64,000 bases of DNA from an uncultured Halobacteria archaeon (GCA_963847565.1 CAWKAE010000023.1:1-64000), one strand, 5' to 3'. Shown: positions 23,225 to 34,308, counted from the first letter of the stretch. The notes: a model not told the origin generated them from the sequence alone. Numbers and translations are program-made.

Positions 23225-24643
23225 CTAGGCGGCCGACCGTGTGCGACGGCTTGATGGTGAACGGCCCGGTTTGCTGTTTGCGTTGCCGTTCCGGTTACCG
23301 CCGGAATTGCCGCGGCTGTTGCCGTTGCCACCACCGTTGCCGCGGCTGTTGCCGCTACCATCGCCGGCAGCCTGCTTGCCCTTCCAGCGACCGCCGGTCT
23401 TGCCGGCTGGTTTTTTGTGGGCGGCAGCGCCGCCGTTCCGGTTGCGGCTGTCCGATTGCTGCTGGCGACCGCGGCCATTCTGGATCGGTTCGGCCTTGAT
23501 GGTCGGGTCAGGCGTATAGCCGTCAATAACGTCTTTGGGTATCGCGTGCTTGAGGACGCGCTCGATATCACGCAGCAGTTTCAATTCGTCAACACACACC
23601 AGTGACATGGCCTCGCCCTCGTTACCGGCACGACCGGTACGGCCGATACGGTGGACGTAATCTTCCGCGACGTTCGGCAGTTCGAAATTCACCACGTGCG
23701 GCAGCTGGTCGATGTCCAGGCCACGGGCGGCGATGTCGGTGGCGACCAGCACGCGCACCTTGCCGGCCTTGAAATCGGCCAGCGCCCGGGTGCGTGCACC
23801 CTGGCTCTTGTTGCTGTGAATGGCGGCGGCGGTAATGCCGTCCTTGTCCAGCTGCTCGGCGAGGCGGTTGGCGCCATGCTTGGTGCGCGTGAATACCAGT
23901 ACCTGTTGCCAGTCGTTCGAACCGATCAGGAACGACAGCAGTTCGCGTTTGCGGCCCTTGTCGACCGGGTGTACCACCTGGGTAACGCTTTCCGCCGCTG
24001 TTTTGTGACGCTCAACCTCAACCAGTGCGGGTGACTTGAGCAGGTTATTGGCCAGTTTCTTGATCTCGCTCGAGAAGGTGGCGGAGAACAGCAGCGTCTG
24101 TTTGTGTTCGGGTACCAGCGCGAGCACCTTGCGGATGTCGCGGATAAAGCCCATATCGAGCATGCGATCGGCCTCGTCCAGCACCAGGATCTCGACCTTC
24201 GACAGGTCGACCGTGCGCTGGCTGATGTGATCAAGCAGGCGCCCGGGTGTTGCGACGAGAATATCGACGCCCTTGATCAGTTTCATTTTCTGCGGGTTGA
24301 TACTGACGCCACCGAATACCACGGTGGATTTCAGCGGCAGGTGCTTGCCGTAGGTAATGACGCTTTCATGCACCTGGGCGGCCAGTTCGCGCGTCGGTGT
24401 CAGCACCAGTGCGCGTATCGGGCGGCGGCCCTTGCCGGGTTTTTCCGAGTCCATCAGGCGCTGCAGCAGCGGCAGGGTGAAGCCGGCCGTCTTGCCGGTG
24501 CCCGTCTGGGCGCCGCCCATGAGATCGCGGCCTTCCAGGATAGACGGGATGGCCTGTAGCTGGATCGGTGTCGGTTTGCTGTAGCCTTTTTCGGCAACAG
24601 CACGGAGTAATTCGGCTCTTAAGCCGAGTGATTCAAATGACAT
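23225..24643 (-). CDS. rhlE: DEAD-box ATP-dependent RNA helicase with G/R/N-rich C-terminal tail (RhlE-like)
   Basis: Q-motif, [23 protein letters not shown]. Start taken at MSFESLGL; the ORF extends upstream to 24790. Confidence 0.85.
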   Translation of the reverse strand: MSFESLGLRAELLRAVAEKGYSKPTPIQLQAIPSILEGRDLMGGAQTGTGKTAGFTLPLLQRLMDSEKPGKGRRPIRALVLTPTRELAAQVHESVITYGKHLPLKSTVVFGGVSINPQKMKLIKGVDILVATPGRLLDHISQRTVDLSKVEILVLDEADRMLDMGFIRDIRKVLALVPEHKQTLLFSATFSSEIKKLANNLLKSPALVEVERHKTAAESVTQVVHPVDKGRKRELLSFLIGSNDWQQVLVFTRTKHGANRLAEQLDKDGITAAAIHSNKSQGARTRALADFKAGKVRVLVATDIAARGLDIDQLPHVVNFELPNVAEDYVHRIGRTGRAGNEGEAMSLVCVDELKLLRDIERVLKHAIPKDVIDGYTPDPTIKAEPIQNGRGRQQQSDSRNRNGGAAAHKKPAGKTGGRWKGKQAAGDGSGNSRGNGGGNGNSRGNSGGNRNGNANSKPGRSPSSRRTRSAA

Positions 24644-24913
24644 GCTTGGGTGTTCTCCAGGGATCGGCCTACCAATGCACAGGGCTTGGTTCGGTCCAGG
24701 CGGAAACTTGCTAGTAGTTCGAGGAAATCTTGAAGGATTGCCGCGTTTAAATGGGTGCAGACCGAGGTGCACCTGAAATTGTGGACGCATTGTACATAAT
24801 TATCGGAGTTATATCAGGATTATTTGCCGGATAGCGGCCATCGCCGGCGGCTGCGGGCCTGCAGGGCACCCCGCCGGCGGCCAGCAGGCGGATGGTATAG
24901 GGAAACAGGCGGG

Positions 24914-25354
24914 TTAAAGCACCAGTGGCTTGACCGGCACGTCCATCCAGGACGCGTCGTTGCGCCAGTCGAAATCCGGGTTGTCGATAAACAGCTCGAT
25001 TTCGTTACCGTCGGGATCGCGCAGGTACAGGCTCTGGCTGACCGTGTGGTCAGATTGACCATCAATGGAATAACCGAGGTCAATAATGCGCTTACGTGCT
25101 TCCCGTAGCTCATCGAGACTTTCACCGACCTTCCAGCCGATGTGGTAGAGGCCAATCCGCTTGCCAGCCAGTGGTCCGTTTGCATCACCGACCTCGATCA
25201 GGAGCAGTTCATGGTGGGTGCGGCCGCCGGTCAGCAGGGACGCACGGCCATTGAAGACCGTGCCGCTGACAGTCAGCCCGACGGCTTCGGCATAGAATTT
25301 TACCGAGGCTTGCAGATTCCTGACGTAAAAGACGACATGACCGAGTTCAGTCAT
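24914..25354 (-). CDS. VOC/glyoxalase-family protein
   Basis: Glyoxalase-like betaalphabetabetabeta repeats, HVVFYV..HH..E. Confidence 0.6.
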   Translation of the reverse strand: MTELGHVVFYVRNLQASVKFYAEAVGLTVSGTVFNGRASLLTGGRTHHELLLIEVGDANGPLAGKRIGLYHIGWKVGESLDELREARKRIIDLGYSIDGQSDHTVSQSLYLRDPDGNEIELFIDNPDFDWRNDASWMDVPVKPLVL

Positions 25355-25472
25355 TGGGCGTGTTCCTCAGTAGTGACATGGGTGTACCCGCTGGCGCCGT
25401 ATTCGTTTTGTAGCCGGATTGCGCAGCGGGGCAGGCGGGAAAATGGCCGGTGTGTTTCGCCAAACTGATATT

Positions 25473-25859
25473 TCAGGCGAAACTTGTCTCCAGGAACTTG
25501 ATGATATCGTCTGACTCGTACAGCCATGTTGCCTGGCCGTCTTCGCCCGGGATGCGCAGGCAGGGCACCTTGATCTCGCCACCACCTTCCAGTAACTCGC
25601 GGCGGCTGTCCGGGTCTTTCAGGGCGTCGCGTTTTTCGATATTCAGCGACAGACGCTTGATGGCGCGCCGCGTCTTGATGCAGAACGGGCAGGTCTTGAA
25701 CTGGTACATGACGAGGTCTTTGGTGCGGGCGTCGATGTTTTGCTGGGCAGCTGCTTCACGCACAATGCCTTTCGGTGAGGTGAGCCAGTCACCGGCCAGC
25801 AGGATCGGGCCGACGATGGCGTGAACGAGTTTAAAAAAATAGCGAATAATGATGCGCAT
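25473..25859 (-). CDS. Glutaredoxin-family protein with N-terminal hydrophobic segment
   Basis: CPFC active site in YQFKTCPFCIKTRRA. Confidence 0.65.
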   Translation of the reverse strand: MRIIIRYFFKLVHAIVGPILLAGDWLTSPKGIVREAAAQQNIDARTKDLVMYQFKTCPFCIKTRRAIKRLSLNIEKRDALKDPDSRRELLEGGGEIKVPCLRIPGEDGQATWLYESDDIIKFLETSFA

Positions 25860-25886
25860 TATTATGTATCCGTAAGAGGGTGCCGG

Positions 25887-27374
25887 TCAGGACGAACAAC
25901 TGACCTGGATATTCCTGGCCCAGTCCGGCGGTGGTGCCGTGTAATGTTCCATGCCGGGGTGTTCGTCGAATGGCGAGCGCAGGATTGTAAACAGCCGGTC
26001 GACTTCTGAAAAGTCTTTTGCCTGCGCTTTCTCGATCGCGGCCTGGGCGAGGTAGTTGCGCAGGATGTATTTCGGGTTGGTGCGCCGCATCTCCGCTTGC
26101 CAGTCTGAATCGGTGCGGGTATGCCGCGCCAGCAGGGCGCGGTAATCGGCCAGCCAGCGGTCAAAACGTTCCCGGTCGATAAACTGGTCGCGCGCACTGG
26201 TTTCGCCGGTCGCAAGGGTCGCCAGCGACCGGAACAGGTTGGTGTAATCCGTGCCGCTGTCCGCCATTAGCGCCAGCAGTTCTGTCAGCAGGTCGTCGCT
26301 AGCCGGGTCGGCCGCGGCAAAGCCGAGTTTGCGCGCCATGTGGTCGGTGTACGCCCGTTCATAGGCCGGCTGGAAGCTCTCCAGTGCGGCCTTTGCGGCA
26401 TCCACGTCGATCATTGGCAGCAGGGTTTGCGCGAAACAGCTGAGATTGAACAGCGCGACTTGCGGCTGTTTGTCGAAGGCGTAGCGTCCGTGGTAATCGG
26501 AGTGGTTGCAGACGAAGCCGGGTTCCCAGCTTTCCATAAAGCCGAACGGGCCGTAATCAAGCGTAAGACCCAGTACCGACATGTTGTCGGTGTTCATTAC
26601 GCCATGCGCAAAGCCGACCGCCTGCCACTGCGACAGCAGCTGTGCCGTGCGCTCGACGACCGTCTGTAACAGGGCGAGATATGGATTCTGTGCAGCGCGC
26701 AGTGCCGGGTAGTGATGATCAATCACGTAGTCGGCCAGGGCGCGCAACTCGTCGTGCAGGTTGTTATAAAAGAACAGTTCAAAAGAACCGAAGCGCACAT
26801 GCGACGGCGCCAGCCGGGTGAGTACCGCGGCAGTTTCAATCTGTTCGCGATACACCTCGTCATCGGTGCCGGTGATGCACAGCGCACGCGTGGTCGGGAT
26901 GCCAAGGCCATGCATGGCCTCGCTGCACAGGTATTCACGAATGGTCGAGCGCAATACCGCGCGGCCGTCACCGTCGCGCGAGTAAGGTGTCTGGCCGGCA
27001 CCCTTTAACTGGATCTCCCAGCGCTCCCCGGCTGCTGTGGTCGTTTCGCCGAGTACCATGGCGCGCCCGTCGCCCAGTTGCGCGACGTAGTGTCCGAACT
27101 GGTGGCCGGCATAGCGCATGGCTACCGGGTCTGCGCCGGGCAGGGGTTGCCGGCCGCTGAAAATATCGGCAAAGCCGGTTTCCGCAGCCGTTGCCGGGTC
27201 AAGATTCAACAGCGCCGCGGCCGCCGGGTTGAAATGAATCAGCTGTGCCGGTTGTAACAGCGGCGTTGGTTGCACGCGCGCATGGAAGGCCGCCGGCAGG
27301 GCGGCGAACGAATTGGTCAACGGGAGTGTATCGAGCGTGTGCATGGCAGGGTGCTGGATCGGCTGAAAGGCCAT
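25887..27374 (-). CDS. selO: Protein adenylyltransferase SelO (YdiU/UPF0061)
   Basis: Full-length ~480 aa, with characteristic GDGRAVLRS..EY, HGVMNTDNMS.LG..DYGP. Confidence 0.85.
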   Translation of the reverse strand: MAFQPIQHPAMHTLDTLPLTNSFAALPAAFHARVQPTPLLQPAQLIHFNPAAAALLNLDPATAAETGFADIFSGRQPLPGADPVAMRYAGHQFGHYVAQLGDGRAMVLGETTTAAGERWEIQLKGAGQTPYSRDGDGRAVLRSTIREYLCSEAMHGLGIPTTRALCITGTDDEVYREQIETAAVLTRLAPSHVRFGSFELFFYNNLHDELRALADYVIDHHYPALRAAQNPYLALLQTVVERTAQLLSQWQAVGFAHGVMNTDNMSVLGLTLDYGPFGFMESWEPGFVCNHSDYHGRYAFDKQPQVALFNLSCFAQTLLPMIDVDAAKAALESFQPAYERAYTDHMARKLGFAAADPASDDLLTELLALMADSGTDYTNLFRSLATLATGETSARDQFIDRERFDRWLADYRALLARHTRTDSDWQAEMRRTNPKYILRNYLAQAAIEKAQAKDFSEVDRLFTILRSPFDEHPGMEHYTAPPPDWARNIQVSCSS

Positions 27375-27637
27375 TATAGGTGTAAATGGTGGTTAACGCT
27401 TAGATTGCCGGATTAATTTGCGTAATTTCCGCAATATTACAGGGTTATTATCATGTGGTTGGTCTGTTGCCTGTGTCATACGACACGTCGCAGGCGTGTG
27501 TTAATGCGGTTTCCGGCACGGGTTTCAGGTGTTGGTCCGGACGGTCGATGTTTATGACTGGATCAGCGACGCGTTTGCCCCGTCCATTTTGCTGCAATGT
27601 GTATACTCATAATCAGGAATTTATCAGGATAGTCATT

Positions 27638-29434
27638 ATGAAAACGAAGCGCATGTTCTCCCTGCTTGCCGGTCTGCTGCTGTGTGAGTTGACGTCTGCT
27701 GCCGGCACACCTGTTGACAGCCACGACTGGTGGGACAACGCCTGGTGGAACGACGGCCAGATCGAAGTGCCGGAAAATCACGGCGTTGCCACCGAGTGGA
27801 GCAGTTACATGAGCGGTGACACGAATGTGCCGGCACTGGTGGCGCGCCCGGACGATGACAAAACATATCCGGCAGTCCTGTTTGTGCACGGCCGGCGCGG
27901 ACTGGATGACCGTGTGCAGCGTCATGTGCGCCGCCTGGCAGCACGCGGGTTCGTGGTACTGGCGCCGGATGTCTACGGTGCACACTTCATCGGTACACAT
28001 CCCATCGAGCATGATTACGCGCTGGAAGCAGACTTCGATGCAGCGGTCGATGTGCTGCTGGCGCGCAACGATATCAGTACACGACGCGCCTGCCTGTATT
28101 CACATACCCGTGGCGGCTATTACTCGCTCAAGGTGGCGACTACCTTTGGGCGGCAGCGTACGGATATCGCCTGCTATGTGTCCTATTACCCGCACCTGCA
28201 GGATCCCAATGCGCCTGAACCCATGCAGGTCTATGGTTATGCGACCGAGATTGATCTGCTGACCCTGCCGATGCTGGTATTCATCGGCGACGAGGAGCAG
28301 TACCAGCGCCGTCGCGTCATCGAGACCAGTATAAAGATCATGCGGGATGCCGGTCGTGATGCGCAGCTTGTTATTTATCCGGGCGTTGGCCGCGGCTTTG
28401 ATTTCCGGCCGGAGACGGTACGTACGTTTGCCGATGACCTGGCTTCAAAGGATGCCGTGCAACGCGCCGCACGGTTCATGCGCGCGCAACTGGCGAAGCC
28501 GCTGGTAATCGTCGCGGGCGAGGAAGCGCTGAGCGGTGAGGCGCTCTATAACAGCGACCGGGCGCCGGAGTCCGTGCTCTATGATCTGCCGCGGGAAGTT
28601 GTGCCGAATGTATGGTCGGCCATTGGTGCAACAGCACCGGGCACGTATGCGAATTCAGGACACAACAATAACCTGTCATTCGTGGTGACCGACGATGGTG
28701 TTCTGGTAGTGAATGCCGGCGACAACTACCAGCTGGCAAAGGCGTTGCACGAAGAAATAAAAAAGATAACAGACCAGCCGGTCAAATACGTTGTGCTGGA
28801 AAATGGCCAGGGCCACGCCATGCTGGGTTCGAATTACTGGAAAGAGCAGGGCGCGGTGGTGATAGCGCACGAGGATGCGAAGCACGAGATCGAAGCGCAG
28901 TCGTTCGAGCTGTTGCGGGTGATGAAAGAACGGACGCTGGAAAAGGCGGCTGGCACCGAGGTGGTGTTGCCGGACGAGACCTTCACGGACAAAAAGGTCA
29001 TCGAGATGGGTAATGAGACCATCGAGTTGCTCTATCTCGGCCCGGCCCACAGTCCGGGCGATATTATCGTCTGGCTGCCGTGTCGCAAAGTGGTGATTTC
29101 CGGCGATATGGCTTTCCATCAGCGCATGTTGCCGCTGTTCGAGCACACCGATACCGCGGCCTGGATCGAGACCTGGGATGCGTTCGAGGCGCTGGGTGCG
29201 CAGTTCGTGATTCCCGGTCACGGCGAACCGACCGACATGGCAACGGTGCGCACCTATACCCGTGACTACCTGGTGTACCTGCGTGAGAAGATCGCTGCGG
29301 TGATCGAGAATGGCGGCACCCTGCAGGATGCCTACGAGATCGACCAGTCACCGTATATGCACCTGCCGACGGCGGAGTTCCTGGCCAAGCGTAATGCCGG
29401 GCAGGTGTTTCAAAGTATGGAATTCGAATTCTAG
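27638..29434 (+). CDS. Secreted fusion: dienelactone-hydrolase-like alpha/beta hydrolase + MBL-fold domain
   Basis: Signal peptide MKTKRMFSLLAGLLLC. N-terminal DLH-like (VLFVHGRRG..). C-terminal MBL-like (VVTDDGVLVVNAG..PGHG). The HxHxDH motif appears degenerate. Confidence 0.65.
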   Translation: MKTKRMFSLLAGLLLCELTSAAGTPVDSHDWWDNAWWNDGQIEVPENHGVATEWSSYMSGDTNVPALVARPDDDKTYPAVLFVHGRRGLDDRVQRHVRRLAARGFVVLAPDVYGAHFIGTHPIEHDYALEADFDAAVDVLLARNDISTRRACLYSHTRGGYYSLKVATTFGRQRTDIACYVSYYPHLQDPNAPEPMQVYGYATEIDLLTLPMLVFIGDEEQYQRRRVIETSIKIMRDAGRDAQLVIYPGVGRGFDFRPETVRTFADDLASKDAVQRAARFMRAQLAKPLVIVAGEEALSGEALYNSDRAPESVLYDLPREVVPNVWSAIGATAPGTYANSGHNNNLSFVVTDDGVLVVNAGDNYQLAKALHEEIKKITDQPVKYVVLENGQGHAMLGSNYWKEQGAVVIAHEDAKHEIEAQSFELLRVMKERTLEKAAGTEVVLPDETFTDKKVIEMGNETIELLYLGPAHSPGDIIVWLPCRKVVISGDMAFHQRMLPLFEHTDTAAWIETWDAFEALGAQFVIPGHGEPTDMATVRTYTRDYLVYLREKIAAVIENGGTLQDAYEIDQSPYMHLPTAEFLAKRNAGQVFQSMEFEF

Positions 29435-29528
29435 TCTGGTCTGTGTGCGCCCGGTGGAGCATGTTGACGCAGCGTGCGTGGATAGCCTGCAGCCAGACAG
29501 ATCCTGTGTCCGACAGGCGGAGGGATAG

Positions 29529-29942
29529 ATGCAGCGTTTAAGCGGTATGCGCGGGTACGGGATTTTTGTCTTGATGATTGTCGGCTGCCTGCTGCATGCG
29601 CACGCAGCTGCCCATGACATCGAAAAGCTGCTGTTCCTGGTGGTCGACAAGGACGAGGTTATTGCGTCCAATACAAAGCTGGGCAGGTTTGACCGGCTGG
29701 TATTGGGCCCACGGGAAAAGATAGTGGATTACAAGGTGGCCAATGCGGTTGCCGTGGTCGTTACGAATCGACGTTTTGTTGCGTACGGTATCTTGCACGG
29801 CGGCTGGAACAGCCGTCGCGCACAGCCTGATGAGCGGCTGGTGTCACTGGAAGTGGCGGACTATTCGGCAACGGTGTTAACCAGTGATCGCATCCTCAAT
29901 TACTCCGGTCGCGCCGGTGCCTGGTCTGAAACAAAACGATAA
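29529..29942 (+). CDS. Hypothetical secreted protein with ~3 internal repeats
   Basis: Signal peptide. Repeated pattern ..VxDYxVAxAVxVVTxxRxxxYG. Confidence 0.4.
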   Translation: MQRLSGMRGYGIFVLMIVGCLLHAHAAAHDIEKLLFLVVDKDEVIASNTKLGRFDRLVLGPREKIVDYKVANAVAVVVTNRRFVAYGILHGGWNSRRAQPDERLVSLEVADYSATVLTSDRILNYSGRAGAWSETKR

Positions 29943-29978
29943 CGGCCGGTTGATCGTCGGCAAATATCCAGTCTGCTG

Positions 29979-30590
29979 TTAATCAGGACTTTGTTTTCGG
30001 GCCGCTCGCCCGGTGACGCCGGCGGTCAGGGTGAAACGCATGGCTTCTTCCATGCTCATGTCGACTGGCCGAATGGCACTGCGCGGCATCAGTACGGCAT
30101 AACCACCGATCATGTAACTCAACGGCAGGTAAACCAGTACATTGTCTTCGGTACGAAAATCTTTCGGTAGCGAATCCGGGCTGGACTGGGTGACGAAGCC
30201 GATGACCGACATGCCGGTGTCGCCGAGTGTCACTGCCACCACCTGGTTGAATTCCTTCTTTGCGCCCGGTGAAAAATAATTCAGGAAGTCACGCAGGGCC
30301 GGGTATATCGATTTTACCACCGGCATGTGGTTGAGCAGTGACTCGCCTTTTTCAAACAGCCGTTGCACCACGTAGGCATGCATCAGCAGGCCAACCAGGA
30401 ATGCTGCGATCAGTCCGGCGACAACGCCCATGCCAGGCCGGTAGGCATCTTCCGGCAACCAGACACGGATTATGTCGCCCAGCACAGACTCCGCCGAGAC
30501 CGTGAACCAGTAGATCAGGTACAGCGTGAGCACGACCGGCAGGATGGTGATCAGCCCGGTCAGAATGTGTTTGCCTATAAACCGCATCAT
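29979..30590 (-). CDS. DUF502-family membrane protein
   Basis: Two N-terminal TM helices and a conserved C-terminal region typical of DUF502. Confidence 0.6.
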   Translation of the reverse strand: MMRFIGKHILTGLITILPVVLTLYLIYWFTVSAESVLGDIIRVWLPEDAYRPGMGVVAGLIAAFLVGLLMHAYVVQRLFEKGESLLNHMPVVKSIYPALRDFLNYFSPGAKKEFNQVVAVTLGDTGMSVIGFVTQSSPDSLPKDFRTEDNVLVYLPLSYMIGGYAVLMPRSAIRPVDMSMEEAMRFTLTAGVTGRAARKQSPD

Positions 30591-30704
30591 TGATGGGGTG
30601 CCTCCATATTTACAGTATTCCCGGCCGGGTCAGCATACACGGAAATGAGTACATTCGTCTGATGCCTTGCTGGCAAACATGGCATGCGCGGCCAGAGTTT
30701 TATA

Positions 30705-30826
30705 CTATTAAGCAACCTGAATTAATTCGTCATTGCGAGGCGAGTGACGTGGCAATCTCCATCTGAATGATTCCATAGTCAGGGATTGCCACGCCACGCT
30801 CGCAATGACAGCGTTTTTATAATTAA
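30705..30826. repeat. REP-B palindromic element (reverse orientation relative to the copy at 150-262)
   Basis: ATTAATTCGTCATTGCGAGG....CTCGCAATGACAGCGTTTTTATAATTAAT. Confidence 0.7.
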
Positions 30827-30868
30827 TCAGAGCTTCCATAAAGTTTTGTCAATTACAGGATATTCCCG

Positions 30869-31480
30869 ATGTCAGAACAACAATCGCTTTTCGATACTGC
30901 GCTCGCGCAGATAGATGCAGCTAACAGCGAAGATCCAAACAAGGTCAGCGTGGACGGCAAGGAGTGGCCGAAAGAACTGCTGTATTCCCGGCGCATGTCC
31001 GACATGCTTGGTCGCTTTGCGCCGGACGCTGACGATGCCGTGAAACTGGCAATTCGTGCGCAGCATATCCAGCGCTGGAAATCGCCGCGCAGCGACTACC
31101 CCATGGACCGCATCGGCTATCTGCAATGGCGCAAGGACCTGTACAAGATCCAGGCGCAGACTGCCGTCGATCTGCTGAAAAAGGTCGGTTATGGGGATGA
31201 TGTGACAGGTCGTGTCTTTGCTGCGGTAGCGAAAAAACGCATCAAGGAGAATCCGGATACCCAGTTGCTGGAAGATGTCACTGATCTCGTCTTCATCGAG
31301 CACTACATGCTGGAGTTTGCCGGCAAGCATCCGGAGTACACGGAAGAAAAGTGGCTGGATATCGTTCGCAAGACCTGGAACAAGATGTCCGAAGAGGCGC
31401 AGCATTTTGCACTGGCCGGCAATATCACGTTGCCGGAACCGCTGGTGCCGCTGATACAGAAAGCAGTTGCCGGCGATTGA
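30869..31480 (+). CDS. DUF4202-family protein
   Basis: Overall similarity to DUF4202 family. Clean ORF. Confidence 0.5.
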   Translation: MSEQQSLFDTALAQIDAANSEDPNKVSVDGKEWPKELLYSRRMSDMLGRFAPDADDAVKLAIRAQHIQRWKSPRSDYPMDRIGYLQWRKDLYKIQAQTAVDLLKKVGYGDDVTGRVFAAVAKKRIKENPDTQLLEDVTDLVFIEHYMLEFAGKHPEYTEEKWLDIVRKTWNKMSEEAQHFALAGNITLPEPLVPLIQKAVAGD

Positions 31481-31504
31481 GTCGCGGTTGCTGATACCCG
31501 GGGC

Positions 31505-32389
31505 ATGAGTGTGGCGCAATCATCTGCGGGTTATGTTTTAAAGCATCCGGGTCGCTTTCTGCTGGCTGTTCTGAGGGGTTTCAGGGATAACCAGGGGCTG
31601 TTACTGGCCGGGGCGGTCGCCTATTACACGCTGTTGTCGATTATCCCGGTGTTTGCACTGGTGCTGATTGTGTTGTCGCAGTTTGTCGACCAGGCCGTGT
31701 TGCTTGATGCAGTGACGGCAATTCTCGCGCTGGTCGTGCCGGTACGAACCGGCGTTGTTGCCGCACACCTGGAGGTCTTCCTGTCTCACTGGAAAGTCAT
31801 CGGGACCATGGGGTTGCTGCTGTTGCTGTTTTTCAGCTCGCTGGCATTCGCGGTGCTGGAGAATGCGCTGTCGATGATTTTCTTTCATCGACGTTTCCGG
31901 CATCGTCGCCATTACCTGGTGTCGGCCGTCATGCCTTACGCCTATATCCTGCTGCTTGCCGCAGGTTTCCTGGTTGTCAGCATGATGGCCGGCTGGCTGA
32001 ATCAACACAGCGCTGACACGCCATCACTGTTTGGATTCGATATCAACATGACGAGCACGGCGGCAACCACGTTGTACCTGCTGGGTGTGTTTGGCGAAAT
32101 ATTATTGCTGACCTCGGTTTACCTTGTCATGCCGGTTGGTCAGCTTGCGTGGACGCATGCCCTGGTGGGGGGTATTGCCGCGACCCTGTTGTGGGAGCTT
32201 ACACGCCATGTGCTGGTGTGGTATTTCACCACGCTGTCGTTCGTCAGCATCATTTACGGATCGCTGGCAACCACGATCATTATCCTGCTCAGTTTTGAAT
32301 TCGCGGCCATCATCCTGCTCCTGGGGGCGCAGGTGATCGCCGAATACGAGCGCATCGATCACGGTGGCGTGACGCCGCTCGACGACTAG
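31505..32389 (+). CDS. YihY/BrkB-family inner membrane protein
   Basis: Six TM helices and GAVAYYTLLSIIP. Confidence 0.7.
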   Translation: MSVAQSSAGYVLKHPGRFLLAVLRGFRDNQGLLLAGAVAYYTLLSIIPVFALVLIVLSQFVDQAVLLDAVTAILALVVPVRTGVVAAHLEVFLSHWKVIGTMGLLLLLFFSSLAFAVLENALSMIFFHRRFRHRRHYLVSAVMPYAYILLLAAGFLVVSMMAGWLNQHSADTPSLFGFDINMTSTAATTLYLLGVFGEILLLTSVYLVMPVGQLAWTHALVGGIAATLLWELTRHVLVWYFTTLSFVSIIYGSLATTIIILLSFEFAAIILLLGAQVIAEYERIDHGGVTPLDD

Positions 32390-32407
32390 TGCATAACGGG
32401 AGGGTGC

Positions 32408-32818
32408 ATGCGTGAAATCATAACGATCAGCACGCACCGGCGCGAAGAGCTGGTGGATATCACTGCCGAGGTGACGGCGGTGGTCGCGGCCAGTGGCGAA
32501 ATGAACGGGCTGGTGAGTGTCTACGCGCAGGGTGCGACAGCAGCCATCATGATCCAGGAAAACTGGGATGAAAGTGTACAGACCGATGTGGTGCAGCTGC
32601 TGCAGAAGCTGATTCCGAAAGGCGTGTGGTTGCATGACCGGCAGGACGGTAACGGCGATTCGCATCTGAAGTCGGGACTGGTCGGACCCTCGGAAACGAT
32701 CCCGCTCGTTAATGGTGAACTGGGCTTGTCGCGCTGGCAGAATATTTTCTTTTGCGAGTTCGACGGGCCGCGCAGTGATCGCACCATCGTGTGTACTGTG
32801 CTTGCCGATAACGCCTGA
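32408..32818 (+). CDS. YjbQ/UPF0047-family protein
   Basis: 136 aa with a conserved H..D..GNGD.H motif (HDRQDGNGDSH). Confidence 0.7.
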   Translation: MREIITISTHRREELVDITAEVTAVVAASGEMNGLVSVYAQGATAAIMIQENWDESVQTDVVQLLQKLIPKGVWLHDRQDGNGDSHLKSGLVGPSETIPLVNGELGLSRWQNIFFCEFDGPRSDRTIVCTVLADNA

Positions 32819-32825
32819 GGAACCC

Positions 32826-32960
32826 CTGATGTGTCGTCATTGCGACGACTAAATGGATGGACGAGGTAGAGCGAAGCAGGACGCCAGAGCCGAGAGTAAC
32901 GCATGGAGCGGTTACCGAGGAACGCAGTGACGCGGCAATCTTTAAGCCATTTATTCTGAA
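32826..32960. repeat. REP-B diverged copy
   Basis: GTCATTGCGACG...GTGACGCGGCAATC. Confidence 0.5.
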
Positions 32961-33066
32961 TTGCCGATTGTCACGCTTCAACACAGGCAGCACCCGCAAG
33001 AGGACACTACGACCCGCTAATAGGCGTCAGCCGGTAACGACTACGGTGTTCTGTGATTGCCAGACA

Positions 33067-34254
33067 TCAGCGGCGACGATGCCTGATTTTCAAAGACAGC
33101 CTTTCCACGCGCTGCCAGAGCCACTCGAGTGTGCGCTGATACCAGCCACGCCGCGCCCACTCTTCAGGCAGGTGTTCAACGCTGTTCGAGAAATCGGCAC
33201 GAAACAGTTCCGCAACGTTCTCGGCCATGGCGCTGTCGTCGATCTCCTGGTTGGCCTCCAGGTTCCACTGCAGGTTCCAGCGATCGAAATTGCAGGAGCC
33301 GATACTCACCCAGTCATCGCATAACACGGTCTTTGCATGGAAAAACCGTGGCGTGTATTCGTAAATGCGCAGACCATTATTGAGCAGGCGTTCGTAGTAA
33401 CGGCGACTGGCATAGCGTGCGCCGGGGTGGTCGGTAACAGGCCCCGGCAACAGCAGGCGCACGTCCACCCCGCGTTTTGCGGCGTGCTTCAACCGGCGGC
33501 GCAGTGTCCATGAAGGAATGAAGTAGGCCGTCGCGAACCAGATCCGGTGCTCGGCGCGTTTGATCCGTTTCAGCAGGGAACGCTGGATACCCATGCGGCG
33601 GCGGGCCTCGTTGACGGTGACACGTCCCCTTTGTCCCGTGTCTGCGGCGCTCGCTGGCATCGGCACCGGTGGCAGGGTCAGCGGCTGGCGGGTAGATGCA
33701 TTCCAGCTTTCCGTGAACAGTCGCTGCCAGTCACCCAGTACCGGGCCGCGGATCTCGATCATGGTTTCGCGCCATTGCAGCTGCGGTGCGCCCGGCGAAT
33801 CGACCGCATCAGTAATGCCGGCACCGCCGACAAAGGCCAGTTTCCCGTCGACCAGCAGCAGCTTGCGGTGGTTGCGGTACAGGCCATGCGTGGTGTGTTG
33901 CCAGTAAATCCGGTACAGGTTTGACAGAATGCTGTGCGAGTGGAGCGGGTTGTAATACTCAGTTGTGATATTGGTGTGCTGCAGTTGTTCGCGATCTGCC
34001 GGTGACAGGCCCTGCGCACCGAAATCGTCGAACAGCAGGTAGACCTGCACACCGCGCGCAGCCGCCGTACGAATAGCGGCGATAAACCGGTCTGCAACCT
34101 GGCCGGATGACACCAGGTACATCTCGAGAAGAATGTAGTGCTCGGCCGTCTCGATGGCATCCAGCATGCGCGGGAAGAACGTAACGCTGTCGACAAGTGT
34201 GGCGAAGTGGTTGCCGGACCGCCAGGGAAACTTGAAACGCCGGTACGGACTCAT
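33067..34254 (-). CDS. Phospholipase D / cardiolipin synthase family protein (two HKD motifs)
   Basis: HRKLLLVDG and HAKTVLCDD. Confidence 0.8.
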   Translation of the reverse strand: MSPYRRFKFPWRSGNHFATLVDSVTFFPRMLDAIETAEHYILLEMYLVSSGQVADRFIAAIRTAAARGVQVYLLFDDFGAQGLSPADREQLQHTNITTEYYNPLHSHSILSNLYRIYWQHTTHGLYRNHRKLLLVDGKLAFVGGAGITDAVDSPGAPQLQWRETMIEIRGPVLGDWQRLFTESWNASTRQPLTLPPVPMPASAADTGQRGRVTVNEARRRMGIQRSLLKRIKRAEHRIWFATAYFIPSWTLRRRLKHAAKRGVDVRLLLPGPVTDHPGARYASRRYYERLLNNGLRIYEYTPRFFHAKTVLCDDWVSIGSCNFDRWNLQWNLEANQEIDDSAMAENVAELFRADFSNSVEHLPEEWARRGWYQRTLEWLWQRVERLSLKIRHRRR

Positions 34255-34308
34255 GGATATATCGTACGCGTATCAGGCGCTGTATGCAGGCGTGATTATC
34301 TGTGACAT

